A stretch of 64,000 nucleotides of DNA from Gemmatimonadales bacterium (GTDB lineage: Bacteria; Gemmatimonadota; Gemmatimonadetes; Gemmatimonadales; GWC2-71-9): contig JBFJHJ010000004.1 of the NCBI GenBank assembly GCA_041613315.1, forward strand, positions 49,931-113,930. Reading direction: 5' to 3'. The notes beneath the pieces are model-generated. The model did not search any database. It saw nothing but the letters and a program-made list of their open reading frames with translations, and had not been told where the DNA came from. Positions 40,304 through 49,644 of the stretch are shown in pieces. Both the position numbers and the translations under genes were made by a program. Every line of letters starts with the position of its first letter. Position 1 is the first letter of the stretch.

Positions 40304-41806
40304 ATGACCGCACCCGCCACGATCGCCTCCACGGAGAGCCGTGCCAGCCTCGCGCGCGGGATGGGCCTCATGGGCCTCGCGGCGACAGGCATCTGCTCGA
40401 TGATCGGCGCCGCGATCAACGTGGTCCCCTTCAGCATCCAGCGAAGCGTGCCCGGCATCGGGCCGTACGTGTTGCCGGCCTTCCTGTTCGGCGCCGTCCC
40501 CGCCCTCCTCGCCGGTCTGGCCTACGCTATCCTCGCCTCCGCCATGCCGCGGGCCGGCGGCAGCTATGTCTACGCGAGCCGCGCCCTCAACCCGTACCTG
40601 GGATTCGTCGCGAGCTTCTCGCAGTGGTTCGGGATCTCCATCGCGATCGGGGTCGTGTCGTACGTGTTGATCCCCTTCCTGCGCGACATCGCGGCGGCGC
40701 TGGGCTGGGCGCCGCTTGCCGCCGGCCTCGACGCGGGACCGGTCCGCCTGACGCTGGCCCTCGCGGTCCTCTGGGCGTTCGTCGGCGTCAACCTGCGCGG
40801 CATCCGCTCGTACCAGCGGACCCTCGTGCCGCTCATGTTCCTGATGTTCGCCCTGGGCGCGATTGTCATCGTGATCGGCTTCGCGTTCGATCACGCGGAC
40901 TTCGCCACGGCGCTCGCCGCCCAAGGGGGGCAGGCCGTCCCGGCCGACCCGCCACCGTTCCGTCTCGGGACGTTCTTGCCGGCCACCGTGCTGCTCTTTT
41001 CGAGCTTCATCGGATTCGACTCGATCGCCCAGGCGGGCGGCGAGGCCCGGAACCCCGGCCGGTCCCTGCCGCTCGCAATCGGCATCGCGGTCGTGGGCGT
41101 GGGGACGTTCTACCTGCTGTTCACAGCCGCCGTGTATCACGCCGTCCCGTGGAGCTACGTGGCCGCCGAGGCCCAGACGCGCGACGTCACCGCCCCCGGA
41201 CTCTTGGGCGTCTTGCTCCCGCCCATGTGGACGGTCGCGATCGTGGCGGGTGCGGCCGTGGCCCTGATCAACGACCTGCCGGCCATGCTGCTCGCGGTCT
41301 CGCGACTCATGTTCGCGTGGGCGGAAGACGGGATCTTCCCGAAGGCGGCTGCCGCCGTGCATCCCACCCGGCGCACCCCGCACGTCGCCATCGTGCTGAG
41401 CGGGATCGTGGCCTCGCTCGGCATCCTGGGGAGCCATCTGGCCGGCGACTTCTTCCTGGGCGTGGACATCCTCGTCACGTCCATGCTGGTGAACTTCCTG
41501 CTCATGTGCGTCTCGGTGCTCACGCTCCCGCGGCGCAACCCCGCGCTCGCGCGCGAGGTGAAGGTCGTGCCGCAGCGACGCGTGCAGGTGCCGCTCGCCC
41601 TGCTCGGCGCGCTGCTGCTCGGCGGGTTCCTGGCGGTCCATACCGCGAAGGACCTCGCCGCGCCCGCCGTCTGGTATCTGCATTCGACCCCGGTCTGGCT
41701 CACCGTCATGGCTGTGGGCACCGCGATCTACGTCGTCCAGGTGCGCAAGCTCAGGCGGCGCGGCGTGGACGTGGACGCGATGTTCGCGACCTTGCCGGCG
41801 GAGTGA
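40304..41806 (+). CDS. APC-family amino acid/polyamine permease
   Basis: SMIGAAI in TM1, SAMPRAGGSYVY, GFDSIAQAGGEARNP, SRLMFAWAEDGIFP; ~12 TM. Confidence 0.9.
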   Translation: MTAPATIASTESRASLARGMGLMGLAATGICSMIGAAINVVPFSIQRSVPGIGPYVLPAFLFGAVPALLAGLAYAILASAMPRAGGSYVYASRALNPYLGFVASFSQWFGISIAIGVVSYVLIPFLRDIAAALGWAPLAAGLDAGPVRLTLALAVLWAFVGVNLRGIRSYQRTLVPLMFLMFALGAIVIVIGFAFDHADFATALAAQGGQAVPADPPPFRLGTFLPATVLLFSSFIGFDSIAQAGGEARNPGRSLPLAIGIAVVGVGTFYLLFTAAVYHAVPWSYVAAEAQTRDVTAPGLLGVLLPPMWTVAIVAGAAVALINDLPAMLLAVSRLMFAWAEDGIFPKAAAAVHPTRRTPHVAIVLSGIVASLGILGSHLAGDFFLGVDILVTSMLVNFLLMCVSVLTLPRRNPALAREVKVVPQRRVQVPLALLGALLLGGFLAVHTAKDLAAPAVWYLHSTPVWLTVMAVGTAIYVVQVRKLRRRGVDVDAMFATLPAE

Positions 41807-41852
41807 CGACGTGCAGGCAGCAATGCTGACTGCGGATGGCCGGTAAGCACCG

Positions 41853-43328
41853 ATGACCACCGCGGTCCCACGCGTCGAGCTGGGTGCGGGATTCGCTATC
41901 TCTCGCCTCGTGACCGGCTTGTGGCAGATCGCCGACATGGAACGGGGCGGGCGCGCACTCGATCTCGACGCCGCCGCCCACGCCATGGCCCCCTACGTGG
42001 ATGCCGGCCTCACTACGTTCGACATGGCCGACCACTACGGCTCGGCCGAGGACATCGCCGGCCGGTTCCGCGGGCGTCACGCCCCCGGCGTCGGCGTCGA
42101 GCTCCTCACCAAGTGGGTGCCCAAACCCGGCCCTCTGAGCCGCGAGGACGTTCGGGCAGCGGTGCGGCGATCGCTGGACCGCCTCAAGACGGACACCATC
42201 GACCTGCTTCAGTTTCACGCCTGGAACTACGCCGACCCGAGCTGGCTCGACGGTTTGTTCTGGCTGCAAGAGCTGAAAGGCGAGGGGTTGATCCGACATC
42301 TCGGCGTGACGAACACGGACGCGGCGCACCTCGCGATCGCCATGCACAGCGGGATCGAGATCGCCACCAACCAGGTCTGCTTCTCGCTCGTCGATCGGCG
42401 CCCGCGTCGGAGGCTCATCGCGCTGTGCCAGCAGCACGGGATCACCCTCCTCACCTACGGGCCCCTGGCGGGCGGGTTCCTCACCGAGCGCTGGCTTGGA
42501 GCGCCCGAGCCGGACTGGGATCGCCTGGAGACATGGTCGCAGATGAAGTACGGGCGATTCGTCCGTGCGGCGGGCGGGTGGGGGCGGTTCCAGGCCGTCC
42601 TCCGCGCGGCGCACACGGTGGCACAGCGGCACGGTGTGTCGCTGGCGAATGTCGCGTGCCGCTTCGTGCTGGAAGAGCCCGCGGTGGGCGGCGTCATCAT
42701 CGGTGCGCGCCTAGGCCTTCACGAGCACATCCAGGACAACCTCCGCGTGTTCGACTTCGTGCTCGACGAGGAGGATCGACGGGAGATCGAGGCGGCCGTT
42801 CGGGCGCTGGATCCGATCCCCGGCGACTCGGGCGATGAGTATCGGCGGCCCCCGTTCCTGACGGCGTCCGGCGACCTCAGCCATCACGTGGACGTGATCC
42901 CACCGCCCTACGCGGCCCGGCCGGGTTCGGACGGCCGGACCGTCGTGTCGAGCGGAACTTCGTGGGAGGAGATGGCGGGCTACGCCCGGGCGGTCAGGCG
43001 CGGCGAGCGCGTCTGGGTCTCTGGCACGACCGCCACCCATCGCGATCGGGTGATCGGCGGCTCTGACGCGGCGGCCCAGACGCACTTCGTGATCGACAAG
43101 ATCGCCGGGGCGCTCCAGTCCGCCGGCTCCGGACTCGAGGACGTCGTGCGGACGCGCGTCTTCGTCCGAAACATCTCGGACTGGGAGGCCGTCGCCCGCG
43201 CCCACGGCGAGCGGTTCGGCGACATCCGGCCCGCCAACACGCTCGTGCAGGCCGCGCTCATCGGCGACGAGTACCTGGTGGAGATGGAGGCGGATGCGGT
43301 CGTGACGACCCGACCCCGGGTCGGCTGA
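41853..43328 (+). CDS. Aldo/keto reductase fused to C-terminal Rid (YjgF/RidA-superfamily) domain
   Basis: AKR tetrad pattern DMADHY / TK / QFH; C-terminal WEEMAGYARAVR...VSGTT...DVVRTRVFV...RPANTLV...LVEMEADA. Confidence 0.85.
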   Translation: MTTAVPRVELGAGFAISRLVTGLWQIADMERGGRALDLDAAAHAMAPYVDAGLTTFDMADHYGSAEDIAGRFRGRHAPGVGVELLTKWVPKPGPLSREDVRAAVRRSLDRLKTDTIDLLQFHAWNYADPSWLDGLFWLQELKGEGLIRHLGVTNTDAAHLAIAMHSGIEIATNQVCFSLVDRRPRRRLIALCQQHGITLLTYGPLAGGFLTERWLGAPEPDWDRLETWSQMKYGRFVRAAGGWGRFQAVLRAAHTVAQRHGVSLANVACRFVLEEPAVGGVIIGARLGLHEHIQDNLRVFDFVLDEEDRREIEAAVRALDPIPGDSGDEYRRPPFLTASGDLSHHVDVIPPPYAARPGSDGRTVVSSGTSWEEMAGYARAVRRGERVWVSGTTATHRDRVIGGSDAAAQTHFVIDKIAGALQSAGSGLEDVVRTRVFVRNISDWEAVARAHGERFGDIRPANTLVQAALIGDEYLVEMEADAVVTTRPRVG

Positions 43329-43381
43329 CACGTGAGTATCGTATATCCGCTCTCGACTATCGACCCTTTCGGAGCCACCAC

Positions 43382-45154
43382 GTGACCCCAACACTTCTGA
43401 GGCCCGGCACGCGCTTCTTACTCGTCACCATGATCGTTGCGCTCGCCGCATGCGGACTCGACCCCGCATCCCGCTTCCATGCCGTGCTCGACGAGGCCTG
43501 GCAGTTTGAGCTGGCCACGGACCCGCTGCTCGCGACGTCGGTGGGCGATCACCGCTACGACGACCGTTTGCCGGACGTGACGCCCGAGGCGCTGTCGCGG
43601 CGCGCGGACGTCCGGCGCGCCGGCCTCGAGCGGCTCGCCGCGATCGACCGCGACCGGCTGGACCGCCAGGACCGCATCACCCACGAGATGCTGCGCCGCA
43701 GCCTCGCCGACGCCGTGGCCGCCTACGAGTTCGGCGCACACCGCATGCCGATCCTCGCCGACGCGGGGTTCCACACCGAGTTCGCCGAGCTGCCGAACCG
43801 CATGCCGTTCGCCACCCCGCGCGACTATGAGAACTACGTCGCGCGCCTTCGCGCCTTTCCCGCGTATGTGCGCCAGCAGATTGCGCAGATGCGGGAAGGG
43901 ATCGCAACGGGGTTCACGATGCCGAGGGTGGTGCTCGACGGCTACGAGGTGACGATCGCCTCGCACGTCGTGACCGACCCGGCGACGAGTCTCTTCTGGA
44001 CCCCCTTCGAGCGCATCCCGGCGACGATACCCGCCGTCGAGCGCGAGCGGCTACGGGCCGCGGGCCGCGCCGCGATCCAGGAAGGCGCCGTCGCGGGCTA
44101 TCAGGCGTTTCTCGAGTTCATGATGAACGAGTACCTGCCCAACACGCGTACCACGACCGGCGCCCGAGACCTGCCGAACGGGCGCGCGTACTACGAGCAC
44201 CTCGTGCGCCATTTCACGACGCTGGACGTGACGCCCGAGGAGGTCCACCGGCTTGGGCTTGAGGAGGTGACGCGCATCCGTACCGAGATGGAAGGGATCG
44301 TTCGAGAGGTCGGCTTCCGAGGCGACGTTGCCGCATTCATCCAGTTCCTGCGGACCGATCCCCGCTTCTACGCGCGCACCCCGGACGAGTTGCTCATGCG
44401 CGCCTCCTGGCTGGCGAAGCGGATGGACGCGAACCTGCCGACGCTCTTCGGGACGCTGCCCCGTCAGCCGTACGGCGTGGCGCCCGTGCCCGACCACCTG
44501 GCGCCCAAGTACACCAGTGGTCGCTACGTGCAGGCGGCGCCCGGCAGCACGCAACCCGGGTACTACTGGGTGAACACCTACAACCTCTCGATCCGGCCGC
44601 TTTACACGCTGCCGGCGTTGACGCTGCACGAAGCGGTGCCGGGCCATCACCTCCAGATCGCGCTCGCGCAGGAGCTGGACGGCCTGCCGCCGTTCCGCCG
44701 CTTCACCTATCTCTCGGCGTTTGGCGAGGGCTGGGGGCTGTATTCCGAGTGGTTGGGGATCGAAGCGGGAATGTACGACGACGCCTACGCGCGGTTCGGT
44801 CGGCTCACGTACGAGATGTGGCGCGCCTGCCGACTCGTGGTGGACACCGGCCTCCACACGATGGGCTGGTCGCGGCAGCAGGCGATCGACTACCTCGGCT
44901 CCAACACCGCGCTGCCCCTCCATGAGATCCGGACCGAGACCGACCGGTATATCTCCTGGCCCGGCCAGGCGCTCGCGTACAAGATGGGAGAGTTGACCAT
45001 CCGGCGGCTCCGCCGCGAGGCCGAAGAGGCCCTGGGCGAGCGGTTCGACGTGCGCGCGTTCCACGACGTCGTGCTGCGGAACGGCGCCGTGCCGCTCACA
45101 GTGCTCGAGGACGAGGTGCGGGCGGCCGTCGCCGCGGCCCGAGTCGGACAGTAG
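43382..45154 (+). CDS. DUF885 family lipoprotein (putative metallopeptidase)
   Basis: Lipobox LAAC; HEAVPGHHLQ, EGWGLYSE, RACRLVVDTGLH, PGQALAYK. Confidence 0.9.
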   Translation: MTPTLLRPGTRFLLVTMIVALAACGLDPASRFHAVLDEAWQFELATDPLLATSVGDHRYDDRLPDVTPEALSRRADVRRAGLERLAAIDRDRLDRQDRITHEMLRRSLADAVAAYEFGAHRMPILADAGFHTEFAELPNRMPFATPRDYENYVARLRAFPAYVRQQIAQMREGIATGFTMPRVVLDGYEVTIASHVVTDPATSLFWTPFERIPATIPAVERERLRAAGRAAIQEGAVAGYQAFLEFMMNEYLPNTRTTTGARDLPNGRAYYEHLVRHFTTLDVTPEEVHRLGLEEVTRIRTEMEGIVREVGFRGDVAAFIQFLRTDPRFYARTPDELLMRASWLAKRMDANLPTLFGTLPRQPYGVAPVPDHLAPKYTSGRYVQAAPGSTQPGYYWVNTYNLSIRPLYTLPALTLHEAVPGHHLQIALAQELDGLPPFRRFTYLSAFGEGWGLYSEWLGIEAGMYDDAYARFGRLTYEMWRACRLVVDTGLHTMGWSRQQAIDYLGSNTALPLHEIRTETDRYISWPGQALAYKMGELTIRRLRREAEEALGERFDVRAFHDVVLRNGAVPLTVLEDEVRAAVAAARVGQ

Positions 45155-45232
45155 CGGCAGGGGCGCCGACCTCGCCGCCGGACCTCGGCGCGGTAGATTG
45201 GAGCAACCCACTTCACGTCGAGCAGTGCCCGC

Positions 45233-46420
45233 ATGCTCAAGGTCACGCCGTTTCATCCCCGCACGGCCCCGCTGGTGCGGGCGGCGACGTGGCGCCGCTG
45301 GTCGGGGTACCAGATGGCGAGCGCCTACGACCCGCACCCGGACCGCGAGTATGCCGCGATCCGGAACGCCGCCGCACTGATCGACGTCTCGCCGCTCTTC
45401 AAGTATCGCGTGACCGGTCCGGACGCCACCCGTCTGTTGGACCGGATGGTCACGCGGGATGTGACGCGGTGCCGCGTCGGCCAGGTGCTCTACACCCCGT
45501 GGTGCGACGAGCACGGCAAGGTGATTGACGACGGCACGGTCCAGCGGCTGGAGGAAGGGACATTTCGCCTGACCAGCGCCGACCCCAACTTGCGCTGGCT
45601 GACGATGAGTGCCGCCGGGCTCGACGCCACGATCGAGGACGAATCGACCGGGGTGGGGGCGCTGGCGTTGCAGGGGCCGCTGTCGTGCGCGATCCTGGAG
45701 CAGGTCTGCCCGGCCGACCTCGGCAGCCTCAAGTACTTCCGCCTGACCCCCACCACCGTGCGCGAGCTTCCGGTCACGATCTCCCGCACGGGCTACACCG
45801 GTGACCTGGGCTACGAGATCTGGATGCGCGCGGATCACGCCGTGCGCATCTGGGACGCGCTGATCGAGGCGGGTGCAGCGTACGGGATTGCGCCCGCCGG
45901 CGTCTGGGCGATGGACGTGGCCCGGATCGAGGCAGGCCTGATCATGCTCGGCGTGGACTATCACTCGTCGTATCACGCGATGATCGAAGACCAGCGGTCC
46001 TCGCCCTTCGAGCTCAACCTGGGGTGGACGGTTCCACCCGACAAAGGTCCGTACACCGGGAAGCGCGCCCTCACCGCGGAACGCGCGAGGGGGCCCGCCT
46101 GGAGCTTTGTAGGTCTCGAGGTGCGCTGGGACTCGTACGAGAAGCTCCACAAAGAGCGCGGCCTCGCGCCGCTCGTTCCGTCCGTCGCGTGGCGGGCGAG
46201 CGCGCCGGTCTACCGGAACGGCACGCAGGTGGGCTACGCGACCAGCGGGTGTTGGTCGCCACTCTTGAAGAAGTACCTGGCGCTCGCCCACGTGCGGACG
46301 CCGTACGGCGGGCCGGGCACCGCGCTCGATCTCGAGGTCACGGTCGAGCACCGGCGCCGGCGGGCGCGCGCCGTCGTCCGCGCGCTCCCGTTCTTCGACC
46401 CCGAGCGGAAGCGCGCCTGA
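45233..46420 (+). CDS. Stand-alone GcvT-like aminomethyltransferase (THF-binding)
   Basis: TPFH, EYAAIRNAAALIDVS, GKVIDDG, SRTGYTGDLGYEIW, ARIEAG, PFFDP; no gcvH/gcvP nearby. Confidence 0.88.
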   Translation: MLKVTPFHPRTAPLVRAATWRRWSGYQMASAYDPHPDREYAAIRNAAALIDVSPLFKYRVTGPDATRLLDRMVTRDVTRCRVGQVLYTPWCDEHGKVIDDGTVQRLEEGTFRLTSADPNLRWLTMSAAGLDATIEDESTGVGALALQGPLSCAILEQVCPADLGSLKYFRLTPTTVRELPVTISRTGYTGDLGYEIWMRADHAVRIWDALIEAGAAYGIAPAGVWAMDVARIEAGLIMLGVDYHSSYHAMIEDQRSSPFELNLGWTVPPDKGPYTGKRALTAERARGPAWSFVGLEVRWDSYEKLHKERGLAPLVPSVAWRASAPVYRNGTQVGYATSGCWSPLLKKYLALAHVRTPYGGPGTALDLEVTVEHRRRRARAVVRALPFFDPERKRA

Positions 46421-48027
46421 TGCCCAAGCGCTACGATGCCGTCGTGATCGGCGGAGGCCACAACGGCCTCGTCGCGGCAGCATACCTGGCCCGCGCGGGT
46501 CGCTCCGTGCTCGTTCTCGAGCAGCGGCCGCTCGTCGGCGGCGCCGCCGTCACCGAGGAGATCTTCCCGGGCTTCAAGTTCTCCGTGTTCTCCTACGTGG
46601 TGAGCCTGCTGCGGCCCGAGATCATTCGCGACCTCGACCTCCCGCGGCACGGACTCCAGGTCCTGCCGCTCGAGAGCACCGTGACCCCGCTCGACAACGG
46701 CGACTATCTCGCCTCGTGGGCGGACCCGGACGAGACCCGGCAGGAGCTCTACCGGCATTCCCCGCGCGACGCGGACACACTCCCCGTGTTCGGCCGCCTG
46801 ATGCATCACATGGCGATGGCCGTGAAGCCGATCCTCGCCATGGTCCCGCCCGATCCCGGGTCGCTCGCCCCGTCGGACCTCGCCGGCCTCCTGCGGTTGG
46901 GGCGCCACTTCCGGAACCTCGGCGGCGAACGATTCCGCGCCCTCTACAAGCTCATGACCATGAGCGGCGGCGATTATCTCGACGAGTGGTTCGAGTGCGA
47001 TCCGCTGAAAGCGACCAAGGCGGCGAGCGGGATCATTGGCACGTTCCTGGGCCCCAGGTCGCCGGGGTCGGCGTACGTCCTGTTACACCACTACATGGGC
47101 GAGATTGACGGCGCGTTTCGTGCCTGGGGGTTCCAGAAGGGGGGGACCGGCGCCATCAGCGATACGATCGCCCGCGCGGCCCGCGCCTTCGGCGCCGAGA
47201 TCCGCACCAACGCCCCCGCGGAGCGCGTCCTCGTCAAGGACGGCCGCGTCCGGGGCGTGGTGCTCGGCACGGGCGAGGAGATCGCGGCACCGGTCGTCGT
47301 CTCCGGGCTCGACCCGCGCCGCACGCTCACGCAGCTCGTAGACGAGCGAGACCTGCCGACTGAGGTGTTGGAGGGCGTGCGCCGCTACAAGTTCCGCGGC
47401 TCGTCCGGCAAGGTGAATCTCGCGCTCGCGGGCCTGCCGGAGTTCACCTGCCTGCCCGGTGCGGGGCGGCACCTCCGGGGCGCCGTCTCGATCAGTCCCA
47501 GCCTCGCGTATCTGGAGCAGGCGTACGACGACGCCAAGTACGGCGAGTTCTCGCACCGCCCGTACATGGACATCGTCATTCCTTCGATGATCGACCCCGG
47601 CATGGCGCCGCCCGGTAAACACGTGATGAGCATCTTCGTGCAGTACGCACCGTACCACGTGAACGGGGGCTGGACCGACCAGCGGCGTGAGGCGTTCGGC
47701 GACGCCGTCATCGGGACGCTGTCACGGTACGCGCCGAACCTCCCGTCGCTGATCCTCCATCGCCAGGTGCTGACCCCGGCCGACATCGAGCGAATCACAG
47801 GACTGTCCGAGGGGAACATCTTCCAGGGCGAGCTGGCGCTGCATCAGTTGTTCTTCCTCCGGCCCGTCCCCCAATGGGCGAACTACCGGACGCCGATCCG
47901 CGGCTACTGGCAGTGCGGCTCGGGCACGCATCCGGGTGGCGGCATCATGGGCGCGTCGGGGCGGCTCGCGGCGCTCGAGATCTTGGGGCGCCGTCGGCCA
48001 TCGGCAGTCGTCAGCCCGGATCGCTGA
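46420..48027 (+). CDS. FAD-dependent oxidoreductase, phytoene-dehydrogenase/PYROXD2-like (subunit A)
   Basis: YDAVVIGGGHNGLVAAAYL...GGAAVTEE.FPGFKFS, YVLLHH, CGSGTHPGGGIMG; TGATG coupling to GcvT-like gene. Confidence 0.88.
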   Translation: MPKRYDAVVIGGGHNGLVAAAYLARAGRSVLVLEQRPLVGGAAVTEEIFPGFKFSVFSYVVSLLRPEIIRDLDLPRHGLQVLPLESTVTPLDNGDYLASWADPDETRQELYRHSPRDADTLPVFGRLMHHMAMAVKPILAMVPPDPGSLAPSDLAGLLRLGRHFRNLGGERFRALYKLMTMSGGDYLDEWFECDPLKATKAASGIIGTFLGPRSPGSAYVLLHHYMGEIDGAFRAWGFQKGGTGAISDTIARAARAFGAEIRTNAPAERVLVKDGRVRGVVLGTGEEIAAPVVVSGLDPRRTLTQLVDERDLPTEVLEGVRRYKFRGSSGKVNLALAGLPEFTCLPGAGRHLRGAVSISPSLAYLEQAYDDAKYGEFSHRPYMDIVIPSMIDPGMAPPGKHVMSIFVQYAPYHVNGGWTDQRREAFGDAVIGTLSRYAPNLPSLILHRQVLTPADIERITGLSEGNIFQGELALHQLFFLRPVPQWANYRTPIRGYWQCGSGTHPGGGIMGASGRLAALEILGRRRPSAVVSPDR

Positions 48028-48066
48028 GTACGACTTGCGAACCGCGCATGTGCAGGAGACGAACGG

Positions 48067-49644
48067 GTGACCGACGCATTCGACGCGATCGTCATCGGGG
48101 GTGACGCCAACGGGCTCGCGGCGGCCGCGACGCTCGCCCGGGCCGGCCGGCGCGTGCTGGTGCTCGAGCGCAGCGATCGGGTGGGCGGCGACACACGTGC
48201 CCTCGCCTTCGCGCCGGGGTTCCGGGCGGCGCCGCTCGCGCTCGACGCCGCGTGGCTTCCGCCCCGGATGCTGCGCGACCTCAAGCTCGATGCCCCGGCG
48301 CTGGCGCCGTACGAGTGTCCGATCGCGGTGGCGAGCCCCGGCGAGTCGCTGGTGCTCCCGGCCGATCCATCACGCGCCGCCGACACGATCCGTAGATACT
48401 CGACGAGCGACGCGGCGAAGTGGCCCGAGTTCGCCGCGACGCTGGAGCGGATCGCGGGCTTCCTCGCACCCCTCTACCAGCGGCCCGCGCCCGACATCGC
48501 GACGACCTCGTCCGCCGAGCTCCTCGGATTGGCGGGGCTCGCGTGGAAGCTCCGGCGGCAGGGCCGGCGACACGTGGCGGAGTGGCTGCGCACGATGCCG
48601 ATGTCGCTCCAGGAATTGCTCGACGACTGGTTCGAGAGCCCGGTGCTCAAGGCGGCCGTGGCGGCGGGCGGGGTGCGGGACATCCGCCAGGGGCCGCGGT
48701 CCGGCGGAACGGCGTTCGTGCTGCTGCATCACCTCGTAGGGGCGCCGGGTGGATCCGTGCGCGGCCGCGGCTATTGGCGCGCGGGGCCCGACGCGATCCC
48801 GGCGACCCTGGACCTCGCCGCGCGCGCGCGGGGCGTCGTCGTCCGCACCGACGCCGACGTCGCCCGGATCCTCGTCAGCGACTACGCGGTCACGGGGGTG
48901 GCGCTCGCGGGCGGCGAAGAGATCTCGGCGCGCCTGGTGCTGTCGAGCGCCGATCCCGCCCGCACGATCCGGCTCGTGGACCCGGCCTGGCTCGATCCGG
49001 AGTTCGTGCACGCGATCCGCCAGATCAAGTTCCGGGGCGCTACCGCCTTCGTGCTCTACGCGCTCGACGAGCTGCCCGGCGTGCCGCCGCTGCCGGATGC
49101 GACCCGCGCGCTCACCGGCGTCGTCTCGCTCACGCCGACCGTGGAGGGGCTGGAACGCGCGTATGACGCCGCCAAGTACGGACGGATGTCGGAACGGCCC
49201 CATGTGGAGATCACGGCTCCCACGCTCCGCTGGCCGGACCACGCACCCCACGGCAAGCACGTGCTCGTCGCCCGCGCCGCCTGCGCTCCGTATCGGCTCG
49301 AGGACGGGGGGTGGGACGCCGCGCACCGCGAGGCGCTCGCCGACCGCGTGACAGATGTGATTGCCTGCGTCGCGCCGGGATTCGCGGACCACGTGATGCA
49401 TCGGGCGGTGCTGGCGCCGCCCGACTTGGAGGAACGGTACGGCCTCACCGAGGGGGCCGTCTCCCACGGGGAGCTGACGCTGGATCAGATTCTCTTCATG
49501 CGTCCCGTCCCTGGGTGGGGGCACTACAGCATGCCGCTCGAGGGCCTGTATCTTTGCGGGGCGGCGACACACCCGGGGCCGGGGGTCGGCGGCGGACCGG
49601 GGTGGCTCGCCGCGCGCCAGGCGCTCCGAGGGGCGACCCGATGA
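48067..49644 (+). CDS. FAD-dependent oxidoreductase, phytoene-dehydrogenase/PYROXD2-like (diverged paralogue, subunit B)
   Basis: IVIGGDANGL, FVLLHH, LERAYDAAKYG, CGAATHPGPGVGG; colinear with upstream paralogue. Confidence 0.85.
   Translation: MTDAFDAIVIGGDANGLAAAATLARAGRRVLVLERSDRVGGDTRALAFAPGFRAAPLALDAAWLPPRMLRDLKLDAPALAPYECPIAVASPGESLVLPADPSRAADTIRRYSTSDAAKWPEFAATLERIAGFLAPLYQRPAPDIATTSSAELLGLAGLAWKLRRQGRRHVAEWLRTMPMSLQELLDDWFESPVLKAAVAAGGVRDIRQGPRSGGTAFVLLHHLVGAPGGSVRGRGYWRAGPDAIPATLDLAARARGVVVRTDADVARILVSDYAVTGVALAGGEEISARLVLSSADPARTIRLVDPAWLDPEFVHAIRQIKFRGATAFVLYALDELPGVPPLPDATRALTGVVSLTPTVEGLERAYDAAKYGRMSERPHVEITAPTLRWPDHAPHGKHVLVARAACAPYRLEDGGWDAAHREALADRVTDVIACVAPGFADHVMHRAVLAPPDLEERYGLTEGAVSHGELTLDQILFMRPVPGWGHYSMPLEGLYLCGAATHPGPGVGGGPGWLAARQALRGATR

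Noticed and set aside
45233..46420. Glycine cleavage system gcvT
   Set aside because: No gcvH/gcvP adjacent; coupled instead to flavoproteins
46420..49644. Carotenoid biosynthesis (crtI) genes
   Set aside because: No crtB/crtE/crtY nearby; motifs and context (GcvT, Rieske, permease) fit the PYROXD2-like branch better
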